A DNA stretch of 64,000 nt from the NCBI GenBank assembly GCA_014584375.1, contig JACTMZ010000103.1, positions 90-64,089 on the forward strand, read 5' to 3'. The DNA is from Verrucomicrobiota bacterium. Lineage in GTDB: Bacteria; Verrucomicrobiota; Verrucomicrobiia; Chthoniobacterales; JACTMZ01. Position numbers and translations under genes: made by a program. The notes under the pieces are model-generated. The model saw nothing but the letters and a program-made list of their open reading frames with translations. It was not told the DNA's origin and did no database searches. Below, one piece after another: positions 9,535 through 19,229 of the stretch; positions within the stretch are counted from its first letter, which is position 1, and every line of letters begins with the position of its first letter.

Positions 9535-12500
9535 ATGTTTCTCAAATCCCTTGATCTTTTAGGTTTTAAATCCTTCGTCAACAAGACGCATCTTGAATTT
9601 CACGAGGGAATCACTTCGGTTGTCGGCCCCAATGGTTGCGGCAAATCGAACATTCTCGATGCGATCCGATGGTGTCTGGGCGAGCAGTCCGCCAAGGCGC
9701 TGCGTGGCGGGGAAATGTCGGACGTGATTTTCAGCGGGACGGATTCCCGTTCGGCCGTGGGGATGGCGGAGGTTTCGCTGACATTTGGCGGGTGTGCGGA
9801 TCATTTGGGCACGGAGTGGGACGAGGTGTGTGTGACGCGGCGTATTTTTCGCGATGGAAAAGGCGAGTATCTTTTAAACAAGACGCCGTGTCGTTTGCGT
9901 GACATTCACGAGCTGTTTATGGACACGGGCATTGGCCGCAGCAGCTACTCGATTATGGAGCAGGGCAAGATTGACCTGATTTTGAGCAGCCGCCCCGAGG
10001 ATCGTCGCGCCGTGTTTGAGGAGGCTGCGGGCATCACGAAGTTCAAGGCTCAGAAAAAGGATGCCCTTCGCAAGCTGGAGTACACCGAGGCGAATCTTGT
10101 TCGTGTCAACGACATCATGCGCGAGGTGAAACGGCAGATTGGCTCGCTGCAACGTCAGGCGGGCAAGGCACGCCGGTATCAGGCTCTCTCGGCGGATCTG
10201 CGGGCTTTGGAGCTGAATTTTACCCGGCGCCAATATGATCAACTGACGGCGTCACGCGAAGAGTTTTCCCTGCAACTTGAAAAACTTGAAACCCGCCGCT
10301 CCGAGATTTCGGCGGAGCTGGAGGAGGGAGAGGGCGCGATTGCCGGGCGGCGTCAACGTCTGGAGGAGCTTGAGCGGCAGGTGGAGTCTTCGCGCGTTTC
10401 CATGCAGTCCCTGCGGGATCGCATGGTGCAGGCTCGGAGCCGCGCGTCGCACAATGGGGAAATTGACGCGCAGCTTCGCGAGTCAATCGCCCGCTGCGAG
10501 GGTGAAATCGCGGCGACGCGGGAACGGCAGCGTGTTCAACGTGAGGAAATGGCGCAAATTGAGGAACAGATTGTCCGCGTGGCCGCCGAACTCTCGGAGA
10601 AGTCGGCCGCATTGGATGCCTTGCAGGCAAATCTGCGCGAAAGCGCCGGACGTCGTGCGTCATCCGAAAAATCGCTTGCGGCATTAAGGAACGAAATCAG
10701 TGCGGCGGAAAACGAATCCTTGCGGATGCAGGGGGAACTGGCGGGTTTGGAAACGCGGCGCGAGGCCGCCCGCATTCGTCTTGAATCCCTGGAGGAGGAG
10801 GGACGGCAGATTCACGGCCAGCAGTCCTCCGTGCGCCGGAAGCTGGAGGAAACGTCGGCAGCAGTCAACGCCGGGATTGCGGCGCTTCGTGCGGCAGAGT
10901 CCGCCCTGGATTCAGCGGAGTCCGCACTTGAGCGCAATGAGCAGAAAAGACAGGGCGTCGAGGAGGAACTTTCAGCGGCCCGAAGGACTTCTGCGAAGGT
11001 TCAAACCCGGCTTGAGGTTTTGGAGCAGCTGAATTTGGAAGGCGAGGGAGCCGCACCGGGTGCGCAGGCTGTGTTGCGAGGACTGGATCGCCCGGATCAT
11101 TTCAAACCCGCTGTTCGCGGCATGCTCGGCGGCTTGCTGCGTGTGGAGCCGGGATTTTTGCCTGCCATTGAGGCGGCGCTCGCGGAGCGTGGTGATACGA
11201 TTGTGTTGAATGACGGGGCGCCCGCGCGCGAGATTCTCGAATCGCTGTATGAGGGCAAGCTCGGACGCGCAAGCCTTGCGGTTCCCAATGGCGGTCGGGA
11301 GCCGGCGGAGAGTGCGGCACCGGAGGGTTCGTTGGGATGGGCGGCGGATCGGGTGCGGTGTGAGGGGGATGACCTGCGTCGCCTGGTGCGGGGCGTTCTT
11401 CACGGTGTGGCCGTGGCGGCCAATTTGGATCATGCGGAGGAATTGCGCGCGCGGTATCCGGATATTGCCTTTGTCACGCAGCACGGGGAGATGATTGATG
11501 CTGCAGGGATTGTGACCGGCGGACGTGCGGGCGAGGGCATCACCTCGGCGCTTCAACGTCGGGATGAAATTGTGTCCTTAAACGCCAGATTTGCCGCAGT
11601 GCAGGGAGAGTTGACCCGGCGCGAGGCGGAGCGCACAGCGATTTTAGCCGAACGTGAGGAGCAAAAGGCGGCTGTTGATTCGACCCGGGCCGCACTGCGG
11701 CGGAGTCAGGAGGAACTGGCCGGCTTGCGGGCAGGACTGGCCTTGCTTGAAAAGGAGGCGCAGGAATCCGAGTCTCGTTTGACGGCTCTCAACCGGGAGC
11801 GCGAGCGGGTCGGGGCCGATCTGGAGGCCGCCCGTGCACGATCCGGGGAGCTGGAGGCGCGTGTGAATGTCTGCCGTCAAACTGCGGCGGAAGCCTCCGC
11901 AAAATCCGGGGAATTGATGGAGCAGGCGCGGCGTGAGGCCGACGAGGAAGAGGCCGCTTCCGCCCGGTTCAACGAACTGCGGGTGCAGTTCGCCACGGCG
12001 CGTCAGCAGGAGGAAAGCCTGCAGGCTCGACGGACTCCGATGCTGGGACGCATTGAGGAATTGGAGGAAAACGCGCGTCAGCGGGAGAAGGAAATCGAGG
12101 CCGCTGGACAAAAAATTCGGACGGTTGGGGATCAGACGGAGGCATTGACGAAAGAGGCGGATGAATTGCAGTCCGGCTTGGAGTCGCATCAGCAGGAATT
12201 GGATGCGTTGCAGAAGGAGCGTTTGTCATTGCAGAACGAGGTTCATGCGGTTGACGAGAAATTACGTCAGATGCGGCGTGAACATGGCGAGATGCAGGAT
12301 CAAAAGGGACGTCTGGAGGTGCGGGTGGCGGAGCTTCGGCTGAAGTCGGAAAATTTGTTGGAGGACATTCGGCGCCGTTATCACATCGAGTTGCACGAGA
12401 CATCCATGGATGTTTATGCGCTGCACTGTGCCATTCGCGATCATCGCAAGCGCCGCAAGGGCGGCAATGGCGCCTCCTCGTCGGCGGAGGATTCCGCAGA

Positions 12501-13314
12501 TGCCACCGAGAATTCCGAAGAGCGCGTTTCGAATGCGGCGCCGGACGAGGCACCCGCATCGGTGGATGCGCCGCTCGACTGGGCGGAGATCGAAATTTTT
12601 GTCGGCGAGCTGCGCGACAAAATGGATTCCATGGGGCCGGTCAATCTGGATGCGATCCAGGAATTTGACGACCTGCTCGACCGTCAGAAATTCCTCGATG
12701 ATCAGTTTAAGGATTTGACGAATTCCAAGGAGGAATTGTTGGAGGTCATCAAGAAGATCAATGCGACCACGACAACGCTGTTTGCCGACACCTTTGCCAA
12801 TATTCGAAATAACTTCCGCGAAACTTTTCGTGAGTTGTTCGGCGGTGGCAGGGCAGATCTCGCCCTGATGGATGATGGCGATCCTTTGGAAAGTGGCATT
12901 GAAATCACGGCCAAGCCGCCCGGCAAGCAGTTGCAAAGCGTTTCCCTGCTTTCCGGCGGAGAGCGCACCATGACGGCCGTTGCGCTTCTTTTTGCCATTT
13001 ACATGGTCAAGCCCAGTCCGTTTTGCATTCTCGATGAAATGGATGCTCCGCTGGATGAATCCAACATCAACCGCTTCCTTGCCATGCTTGATCGCTTCGT
13101 GAAGCAGAGTCAGTTTCTTGTCATCACCCACAACAAGCGCACCATCTCACGGGCCGACGTGCTGTATGGCGTGACGATGGAGGAGCAGGGTGTGAGCAAG
13201 CTGGTCGGAGTGCGCTTCGTGGATTCCACCGGGGCGTTTTCCGAGGCACGTGCGCCCGGGCGGCTTGAGGAGGCCGTGGAAACCGAGCAGCTGGTGCCGG
13301 CGGGAGAGAATTGA
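9535..13314 (+). CDS. smc: chromosome segregation protein SMC
   Basis: 1259 aa. N-terminal Walker A GPNGCGKSN, long coiled coils rich in E/R/A/L, a central hinge, then C-terminal LSGGERTMTAVALLFA and Walker B FCILDEMDAPLD. Confidence 0.95.
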   Translation: MFLKSLDLLGFKSFVNKTHLEFHEGITSVVGPNGCGKSNILDAIRWCLGEQSAKALRGGEMSDVIFSGTDSRSAVGMAEVSLTFGGCADHLGTEWDEVCVTRRIFRDGKGEYLLNKTPCRLRDIHELFMDTGIGRSSYSIMEQGKIDLILSSRPEDRRAVFEEAAGITKFKAQKKDALRKLEYTEANLVRVNDIMREVKRQIGSLQRQAGKARRYQALSADLRALELNFTRRQYDQLTASREEFSLQLEKLETRRSEISAELEEGEGAIAGRRQRLEELERQVESSRVSMQSLRDRMVQARSRASHNGEIDAQLRESIARCEGEIAATRERQRVQREEMAQIEEQIVRVAAELSEKSAALDALQANLRESAGRRASSEKSLAALRNEISAAENESLRMQGELAGLETRREAARIRLESLEEEGRQIHGQQSSVRRKLEETSAAVNAGIAALRAAESALDSAESALERNEQKRQGVEEELSAARRTSAKVQTRLEVLEQLNLEGEGAAPGAQAVLRGLDRPDHFKPAVRGMLGGLLRVEPGFLPAIEAALAERGDTIVLNDGAPAREILESLYEGKLGRASLAVPNGGREPAESAAPEGSLGWAADRVRCEGDDLRRLVRGVLHGVAVAANLDHAEELRARYPDIAFVTQHGEMIDAAGIVTGGRAGEGITSALQRRDEIVSLNARFAAVQGELTRREAERTAILAEREEQKAAVDSTRAALRRSQEELAGLRAGLALLEKEAQESESRLTALNRERERVGADLEAARARSGELEARVNVCRQTAAEASAKSGELMEQARREADEEEAASARFNELRVQFATARQQEESLQARRTPMLGRIEELEENARQREKEIEAAGQKIRTVGDQTEALTKEADELQSGLESHQQELDALQKERLSLQNEVHAVDEKLRQMRREHGEMQDQKGRLEVRVAELRLKSENLLEDIRRRYHIELHETSMDVYALHCAIRDHRKRRKGGNGASSSAEDSADATENSEERVSNAAPDEAPASVDAPLDWAEIEIFVGELRDKMDSMGPVNLDAIQEFDDLLDRQKFLDDQFKDLTNSKEELLEVIKKINATTTTLFADTFANIRNNFRETFRELFGGGRADLALMDDGDPLESGIEITAKPPGKQLQSVSLLSGGERTMTAVALLFAIYMVKPSPFCILDEMDAPLDESNINRFLAMLDRFVKQSQFLVITHNKRTISRADVLYGVTMEEQGVSKLVGVRFVDSTGAFSEARAPGRLEEAVETEQLVPAGEN

Positions 13315-13356
13315 GCCGGACTTTCTTTTTTCCGGCCCCTGTGGCATAGCCTTTCC

Positions 13357-14139
13357 GTGATTACGGCGATCGGTCAATGGGCGCTGGCTCGAATTTGCGG
13401 ACTGGGGGATTATGCCTTGTTCGTCGCCCGTTCCTTTGGCGCAATTTGGGTCACTCGCCGCTTGCCGGGACGTGTCGCAAGAGCCGTTTATGAACAGGGG
13501 TTTCGCTGTCTGCCGGTTATTTTGATTGTGGGCCTTTTTACGGGTTTGGTTTTGGGCTTGCAGGGATATTATGTGTTGAACCGCTTTGGATCGGAAGGGT
13601 TGCTGGGCGCATTGGTTTCCCTGAGTTTGGTTCGGGAAATGGCACCCGTCCTGGCTGCGCTGATGTTGGTCGGTCAGGCGGGGTCGGCTTTGGCGGCGGA
13701 GCTTGGCATTCAGCGTAATTCGGAACAAATCGTGGCTTTGGAAACCATGGGCATCAGCAGTCGCGGGTATTTGGTGACGCCGAGATTGCTGGCTGCCCTG
13801 CTTGTTTTTCCCATGCAGGCCGCGCTTTTTGTCGGCGTGGGCTTGTGGGGCGGCAGCCTTTCGGGATCGCTGCTCCTGGGGGTTGAACCCGGACTTTATT
13901 GGTCCGCCGTGGAGCGCGCCGTGGAGGCGAAGGACGTTCGCGAGTGCTTGTTTAAGGCGGTGGTGTTCGGAGTTCTGACGATCAGCATTTGCGCCTATTG
14001 CGGATTTTATGCGCATCGGGTCGGGCGTGCCACTGGAGCGCGGGCTGTGAGCGCGGCCACCACCAAGGCCGTGGTGATCAGCTGCATCATGGTTTTGGCT
14101 GCCGATTACGTCATTACCTCATTTTTGGTCAACCGATGA
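13357..14139 (+). CDS. mlaE: Mla-type ABC transporter permease
   Basis: 260 aa with 5-6 TM helices and the MlaE-family pattern (LVREMAPVLAALMLVGQAGSALAAELG). GTG start. First gene of a five-gene overlapping operon. Confidence 0.85.
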   Translation: MITAIGQWALARICGLGDYALFVARSFGAIWVTRRLPGRVARAVYEQGFRCLPVILIVGLFTGLVLGLQGYYVLNRFGSEGLLGALVSLSLVREMAPVLAALMLVGQAGSALAAELGIQRNSEQIVALETMGISSRGYLVTPRLLAALLVFPMQAALFVGVGLWGGSLSGSLLLGVEPGLYWSAVERAVEAKDVRECLFKAVVFGVLTISICAYCGFYAHRVGRATGARAVSAATTKAVVISCIMVLAADYVITSFLVNR

Positions 14140-14999
14140 ACCCGCTTGAAAAACAGAATCAGTCCGCAGCTTCAGACGCCGCGCTGTTGGAGGTTCGGAA
14201 TTTGGACAAGCGTTTTGGCGCTCATCAGATTCTTGCCGGAGTCAGCTTCACGGTGCGGCGCGGCAGCATATTCGCCGTGCTGGGACCCAGTGGCGCCGGG
14301 AAATCCGTATTGCTCAAATGTATTGCGAATATTGAGACGCCTGACGCGGGAACAATTCTTTTTGATGGAACGCCCTTGGATTTTCGTCATCGCGTGAGCC
14401 GCCTGGCCTTTCGTCGCCGCTGCGGGTTTTTATTTCAGGGCAACGCTCTTTTTGACTCGCTGACAGCATTGCAAAATACGGCGTTGCCGCTGGAGCAAAC
14501 GACATCATTGTCACGCCGGGAGATCAATCGTCGTGCGATGGAGGCTCTTGAACAGCTCGAACTGCATGAGCATGCGGGTCAATATCCGGCGATGCTTTCC
14601 GGGGGAATGCAGAAGCGCCTTGCGTTGGCGCGTGCCATTGTCACGCAGCCGGAGATGGTCTTTTTTGACGAGCCCACGGCTGGCTTGGATCCTTTGAGGC
14701 GCAACGCAGTTTTCGGAATGATCGCCAAATATCAGGCGCTTTTTGGATTCACCGCGCTCATTGTGACGCATGATATTGACGAGGCTCTGGCTGTGAGCAA
14801 TACCGTCGCCATGCTTTATCACCGGGAGATTTGCTTTTGCGGAACACCTGCTGAATTTGGTGCGTCCCGGCATCCGGTGGTTGATTCATTTCGCGACAGC
14901 GCCAGGACTTTGCGGAAATCCGTGGCTTTGCTTCGCCAGGGTGGAGATATTTCCATGGAGAACGAGGCGGTTGATGAAGATTTGAAGGAGCAATTATGA
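14136..14999 (+). CDS. mlaF: Mla-type ABC transporter ATP-binding protein
   Basis: Walker A GPSGAGKS, signature LSGGMQKRLALARA and Walker B VFFDEPTAGLD. The ATG at 14136 overlaps the mlaE stop (ATGA). The longer ORF-track start at 13989 lies inside mlaE. Confidence 0.85.
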   Translation: MNPLEKQNQSAASDAALLEVRNLDKRFGAHQILAGVSFTVRRGSIFAVLGPSGAGKSVLLKCIANIETPDAGTILFDGTPLDFRHRVSRLAFRRRCGFLFQGNALFDSLTALQNTALPLEQTTSLSRREINRRAMEALEQLELHEHAGQYPAMLSGGMQKRLALARAIVTQPEMVFFDEPTAGLDPLRRNAVFGMIAKYQALFGFTALIVTHDIDEALAVSNTVAMLYHREICFCGTPAEFGASRHPVVDSFRDSARTLRKSVALLRQGGDISMENEAVDEDLKEQL

Positions 15000-15487
15000 G
15001 AGACAAAAAATTGGAATTCGGCGTCGGACTTTTTGTGCTTTTGGGTTTGATTGCCGTAGCTTATCTGGCTGTGAAACTCGGAGCCGGCGCGTTTGTCGGC
15101 GGTGAGACTTATGAAATCGAGGCGCGCTTCAATAATACGGGCGGACTCCATGCGGGCGGCAATGTGATGATGTCCGGAGTCACCGTCGGTCGCATCGAGG
15201 GGGTTCGTCTTGATCCCGAGGATTACAGCGCCATCGTGGACATGAGGATTTCTTCCGCCGTCCGCCTGCCCGCCGACACCATGGCATCCATTCGCACTTC
15301 GGGGCTTATTGGGGACAAATTTATCGCTCTCGCGCCCGGTGCGGACGAAAAATTTTTGCAACCCTCGGAGAGAATCATCATGACAGAATCCGCCGTTGAG
15401 CTAGAGTCATTAATCAGCAAAATGGCCTTTGGAAGCGTCAAGGAAGAAGAATCTTCCGAAGAGCCTCCCGCTCCCCGTGATCCATGA
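14996..15487 (+). CDS. mlaD: MCE-domain substrate-binding protein
   Basis: An N-terminal TM helix followed by an MCE domain (VMMSGVTVGRIEGVRL...). 4-nt overlaps on both sides. Confidence 0.8.
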   Translation: MRDKKLEFGVGLFVLLGLIAVAYLAVKLGAGAFVGGETYEIEARFNNTGGLHAGGNVMMSGVTVGRIEGVRLDPEDYSAIVDMRISSAVRLPADTMASIRTSGLIGDKFIALAPGADEKFLQPSERIIMTESAVELESLISKMAFGSVKEEESSEEPPAPRDP

Positions 15488-16053
15488 AAAAATTTTGTCT
15501 GATATTATTTGTCATTGCCGCCGCCGCGCAGGCGGCTCCCGTTGATGATGCAGAGGCGGCTGTGCGCGAGGGTGTCGCCAAGGTGCTGGCCGTCACTCAA
15601 AATTCACGGGGGGGCCTGTCCATGGCCGATCAACTCCAACCCGTTCTTGAGCCGCGTATTTCCTTTGAAACCATGACACGGCGCGCCATTGGTCCGGGTT
15701 GGCGGCAGTTTTCATCGGCGGAGCAAAGTGAGGCGGTTCGCCTGTTCACCAAACTCGTCATTCGCAGTTACAGTAAAAAATTCACCCCTGGCGAACAGCC
15801 GGAAATCAAATACCTGAAACCGTCCGCTCCGGCGCCCGACAAGGCTGAGATTCCGACCACGATGCTCTACAAAGGAAATCGTTACAGCGTTCTGTATCGC
15901 CTGGAAAATCGCTCCGGCAAATGGCTGGTGACGGACATGCAGGTGGAAGGCGTCAGTTTTATTGCAAATTACCGGGCGCAGTTTGATGCACTTTACAAAA
16001 AGGGCGGAGTCGCCGCCGTGATGGATTCGCTGCGGCAATCATCGCTTCAATGA
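15484..16053 (+). CDS. mlaC: periplasmic phospholipid-binding protein (Ttg2D/MlaC family)
   Basis: Signal peptide, with the family pattern ...W..FS..EQ..F...F..L...Y...F... and C-terminal WLVTDMQVEGVSFIANYRAQF. Confidence 0.7.
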   Translation: MKKFCLILFVIAAAAQAAPVDDAEAAVREGVAKVLAVTQNSRGGLSMADQLQPVLEPRISFETMTRRAIGPGWRQFSSAEQSEAVRLFTKLVIRSYSKKFTPGEQPEIKYLKPSAPAPDKAEIPTTMLYKGNRYSVLYRLENRSGKWLVTDMQVEGVSFIANYRAQFDALYKKGGVAAVMDSLRQSSLQ

Positions 16054-16835
16054 AATACCTTTCATCGGTTGTCGCCTGTGCTGCAGCCCTTCTTATGATC
16101 GGTTGTGCGGGGAGAATTCACGAGACGCCTCCAAAAAAAAACATCGCCTCCACCGGGCATGGAGCTTCCGGCAAGGCGGTGGTTTCCGACGACACGTGGG
16201 ATGATGAGGCCGACATCGAGGTGTCCGATCCGTATGAGGGCTTTAATCGCGCCATTTTTTCATTCAATCACGCTCTTTACACCGTCCTTATCAAGCCGGT
16301 GTCCAAAACCTACGATTTTCTCGTTCCGGAACTTCTTCGTCGCGGCATTCACAATGCTTACGAAAACGTCCGCTTCCCCGTGCGCCTGGTCAATCACTCC
16401 CTGCAGGGGAAATTTGATCGCGCCGCGCGCGAAACGGGAAAGTTTATCGTGAATTCAACGCTTGGGGTGGGGGGATTGATGACCGCCTCGGATAAATTTC
16501 CCGCCCTTGCGGAAACGCCGGTCTCGGACACCGGGCAGACTTTTGCCAAATGGGGCATTCCCAGCGGTCCCTATCTCGTGCTGCCTCTTCTCGGCCCCTC
16601 CGGTGTTCGCGACGGCCTGGGAGCGGCGGGCGATGCAGCGCTTAATCCCGTGTCGTGGGTTGCCTTTATTTTCGGTGGCGCGGTGTGGACCGTCGCCGTC
16701 TCCGCGCCGGATAGTGCCCATCGTTGGCCCGGGCAGATGGATCAATACGACACTCTGACCAAGGATTCCCTCGACCGCTACATCGCCGCACGAACGGCTT
16801 ACATTCAGTATCGTCGCGGAGTTATGAAGCGCTGA
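16050..16835 (+). CDS. mlaA: VacJ/MlaA-family outer-membrane lipoprotein
   Basis: Lipobox-like LMIGC, then DPYEGFNRAIFxFN...VRFPVRLVNxxLQGK...NSTLGVGGL, the MlaA core motif. Confidence 0.8.
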   Translation: MKYLSSVVACAAALLMIGCAGRIHETPPKKNIASTGHGASGKAVVSDDTWDDEADIEVSDPYEGFNRAIFSFNHALYTVLIKPVSKTYDFLVPELLRRGIHNAYENVRFPVRLVNHSLQGKFDRAARETGKFIVNSTLGVGGLMTASDKFPALAETPVSDTGQTFAKWGIPSGPYLVLPLLGPSGVRDGLGAAGDAALNPVSWVAFIFGGAVWTVAVSAPDSAHRWPGQMDQYDTLTKDSLDRYIAARTAYIQYRRGVMKR

Positions 16836-17103
16836 CGGATGGCGAATTTTTTCCGTTTAGTTCCGCCAGCATGCGATCGGTCAACAACACGTCTTCGTGT
16901 GAAGCACGCCGCCGTTGGTATTTGCGAAAAAGAATGTCGCGCAGTGTTTCGAGCACCTCGCGTCCGACGGGGTCAATCGGTGTCCAATACTCGTCTCCGG
17001 CATTTTTAAGGCGCAGGTGCCAACGACCGTTTTCCTTGACGGCCACAATCTCGCGCTTCACGCCGTCTTCATTGCGCTCCGTCCATGCGTGACGATTTCT
17101 CAT
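16822..17103 (-). CDS. small hypothetical protein
   Basis: 93-aa ORF of plausible composition, convergent with mlaA (14-nt overlap). No motif recognised. Confidence 0.35.
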   Translation of the reverse strand: MRNRHAWTERNEDGVKREIVAVKENGRWHLRLKNAGDEYWTPIDPVGREVLETLRDILFRKYQRRRASHEDVLLTDRMLAELNGKNSPSVSAS

Positions 17104-17125
17104 GATGGAAAACGGGCGTCAAAGC

Positions 17126-17149
17126 GGCGAAACATCCGGGTGTTTCGCC
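17126..17149 (-). terminator. intergenic stem-loop downstream of the peroxiredoxin gene (possible terminator, no U-tract)
   Basis: GGCGAAACA-tccggg-TGTTTCGCC gives a perfect 9-bp stem with a 6-nt loop, between the peroxiredoxin stop (17169) and the next minus-strand start (17103). No T-run follows on either strand. Confidence 0.3.
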
Positions 17150-17168
17150 GCCAGCGCGCCGTTCCTTG

Positions 17169-17663
17169 TTATTTCAACTCGGCCAGTTTCGCCTTGATTG
17201 CGTCGAAATTGGGCAGGTTGTGCGGATCATCGTGGGATTCGGCGTATTGAATGACGCCGTTTTTGTCCACGATGAAGGCGGAGCGTTTGGGCACGCCGCC
17301 CATGGGGAGTCCGAGTTCTGGCAAAAAGGTTTCGTAGGCGATGCCGTAGGCTTTCGCGGTTTTGTGTTCGTAGTCGCTGAGAAGCGGAACGGTGATTCCC
17401 TCCTTTTGCGCCCAGGCTTCCTGCGCAAACGGATTGTCGCCGCTGATGCCGATGACGGTCGCATCCAGCGCCGCATAATCCTGCAATCCCTGCGAAACGG
17501 TGCAAAATTCATCCGTGCAGACGCCGGTGAAGGCCATGGGGAAAAAGAGCAGGACGACATTGGACTTGCCGGCGTGTTCCGAGAGCGTGGCCAGCTTGGG
17601 GCCCGAGGCGGTTTTGGTGGAGAGGGAGAAGTCGGGTGCTTTGGTTCCAATAGTGAGTGACAT
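17169..17663 (-). CDS. peroxiredoxin (AhpC/TSA-Bcp family)
   Basis: KAPDFSL...VVLLFFPMAFTGVCTDE contains the peroxidatic cysteine in the typical FTxVC context. Confidence 0.9.
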   Translation of the reverse strand: MSLTIGTKAPDFSLSTKTASGPKLATLSEHAGKSNVVLLFFPMAFTGVCTDEFCTVSQGLQDYAALDATVIGISGDNPFAQEAWAQKEGITVPLLSDYEHKTAKAYGIAYETFLPELGLPMGGVPKRSAFIVDKNGVIQYAESHDDPHNLPNFDAIKAKLAELK

Positions 17664-17711
17664 GATGTTTTGTTGTTGTGTTTTTAGGTTGAAAGAAAGA
17701 GTACTTTTGGA

Positions 17712-19100
17712 TCAGGGATGCGTCATTTCGACGGGATTGACCCACTTGTCAAATTGTTCGCCCGTGAGGTGCCCGGATGCAATCGCCGCATCGCGAAGAC
17801 TGGATTTTTCCTTGTGCGCCTTTTTCGCGATTTGCGCGGCTTTGTCATAGCCAATGTGCGGATTGAGCGCCGTGACGAGCATGAGCGAATCTTGCACGTA
17901 GTGATTGATGCGATCCATGTTTGGCTCGATGCCCGTCGCGCAATGATGCGTGAAGGAACGGCAGGAATCGGAGAGCAGGCGAACCGAGTGCAGGAAGTTG
18001 TGGATGATGACGGGTTTGAAAACGTTGAGTTCGAAGTTGCCTTGGGAGCCGGCAAAACCGATGGCGGCATCATTTCCCATGACCTGACAGCAAACCATGG
18101 TCACGGCCTCGCTTTGGGTCGGATTGACCTTGCCAGGCATGATGGATGATCCGGGTTCGTTTTCGGGGATGTTGATTTCCCCCAGTCCGCAGCGCGGTCC
18201 GCTGGCCAGCCAACGGATGTCGTTGGCGATTTTCATCAGGGTGCAGGCGAGGGTTTTGAGTGCGCCGGAGGCGAAGACAAATTCGTCATGGGCTGAGAGC
18301 GCGGCAAATTTGTTGGGATTGGATGTGAAGGGCAGATTTGTAAGTTCGGCAATTTTTGCGGCGGTTCGGTCGCCGAATTCCGGATGGGAATTGAGGCCGG
18401 TGCCGACGGCTGTTCCGCCGATGCCGAGAGCCATGAGCCCGTGCAGGGAGCATTCGATGCGTGTGATGTCAGCATCGAGGAGGGCGACATAGCCGGAAAA
18501 TTCCTGCCCAAGGGTGATCGGTGTTGCGTCCTGCAGATGGGTGCGTCCGATTTTGACGATGTCGGCAAAGGCTTTGGCCTTGGCGTCAAGGGCGTCGCGC
18601 AATTCGCGCACGGCGGGGATCAGTTGATGAACAACAACCTCGGCGGCGGCGATGGACATGGCCGTCGGGAAGGTGTCGTTCGACGACTGCGACATGTTGA
18701 CGTGGTCGTTGGGATGAATGGGAGTTTTTGAACCCATTTCGCCACCGGCCAATTCGATGGCGCGGTTGGAAATGACCTCGTTGGCATTCATGTTGCTCTG
18801 CGTTCCGGAGCCGGTTTGCCAGATGCGAAGCGGAAAATGATCGTCAAGTTTGCCGTTGATGACTTCGTCGGCTGCCGTCGCAATGAGCGTGGCTTTGTCG
18901 GCGGGAAGTTTGCCAAGATCCTGATTCACCAGGGCGCAGGCTTTTTTAAGGATGCCGAGGGCGCGGATGAGTTCGCGCGGCTTGGTGTCGTCACCAATGT
19001 CAAAGTGGATGAGCGAACGTGCGGTTTGGGCTCCGTAATAGCGGTCGGATGGAACCTCGATGGCTCCCATGCTGTCGGTTTCAGTGCGTGTTTTCATCAT
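17712..19100 (-). CDS. fumC: class II fumarate hydratase
   Basis: Contains the [16 protein letters not shown] signature and [14 protein letters not shown]; 462 aa. Confidence 0.95.
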   Translation of the reverse strand: MMKTRTETDSMGAIEVPSDRYYGAQTARSLIHFDIGDDTKPRELIRALGILKKACALVNQDLGKLPADKATLIATAADEVINGKLDDHFPLRIWQTGSGTQSNMNANEVISNRAIELAGGEMGSKTPIHPNDHVNMSQSSNDTFPTAMSIAAAEVVVHQLIPAVRELRDALDAKAKAFADIVKIGRTHLQDATPITLGQEFSGYVALLDADITRIECSLHGLMALGIGGTAVGTGLNSHPEFGDRTAAKIAELTNLPFTSNPNKFAALSAHDEFVFASGALKTLACTLMKIANDIRWLASGPRCGLGEINIPENEPGSSIMPGKVNPTQSEAVTMVCCQVMGNDAAIGFAGSQGNFELNVFKPVIIHNFLHSVRLLSDSCRSFTHHCATGIEPNMDRINHYVQDSLMLVTALNPHIGYDKAAQIAKKAHKEKSSLRDAAIASGHLTGEQFDKWVNPVEMTHP

Positions 19101-19229
19101 GAAAAAATGCGGAAGCGTGACAAAGGCGATTCTCCGCGACTTTCGGATTTGAAATAAATTTACTCTTCAAAGCGGGCGATGCGCCCAGTCTATCCTCCGA
19201 ATGCGGGGGGCGTCAATCTCCCCTCCATT

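Noticed and set aside
13315-13336. A GCCGGA-ctttcttttt-TCCGGC hairpin after smc, considered as a terminator.
   Set aside because: It has a 6-bp stem, a 10-nt loop and no downstream T-tract. mlaE starts 20 nt later, so read-through is likely. Not reported as a feature.
12262-14016. Two 289-aa minus-strand ORFs (12262-13131 and 13147-14016).
   Set aside because: They are antisense to the smc 3' end and to mlaE. They are low-complexity shadow ORFs.
19174-19186. A short GGGCG-atg-CGCCC hairpin between the PEP-CTERM gene stop and the fumC start, considered as a terminator.
   Set aside because: The stem is only 5 bp with a 3-nt loop and a poor T-tract (GCTTTG on the minus strand). That is too weak to call.
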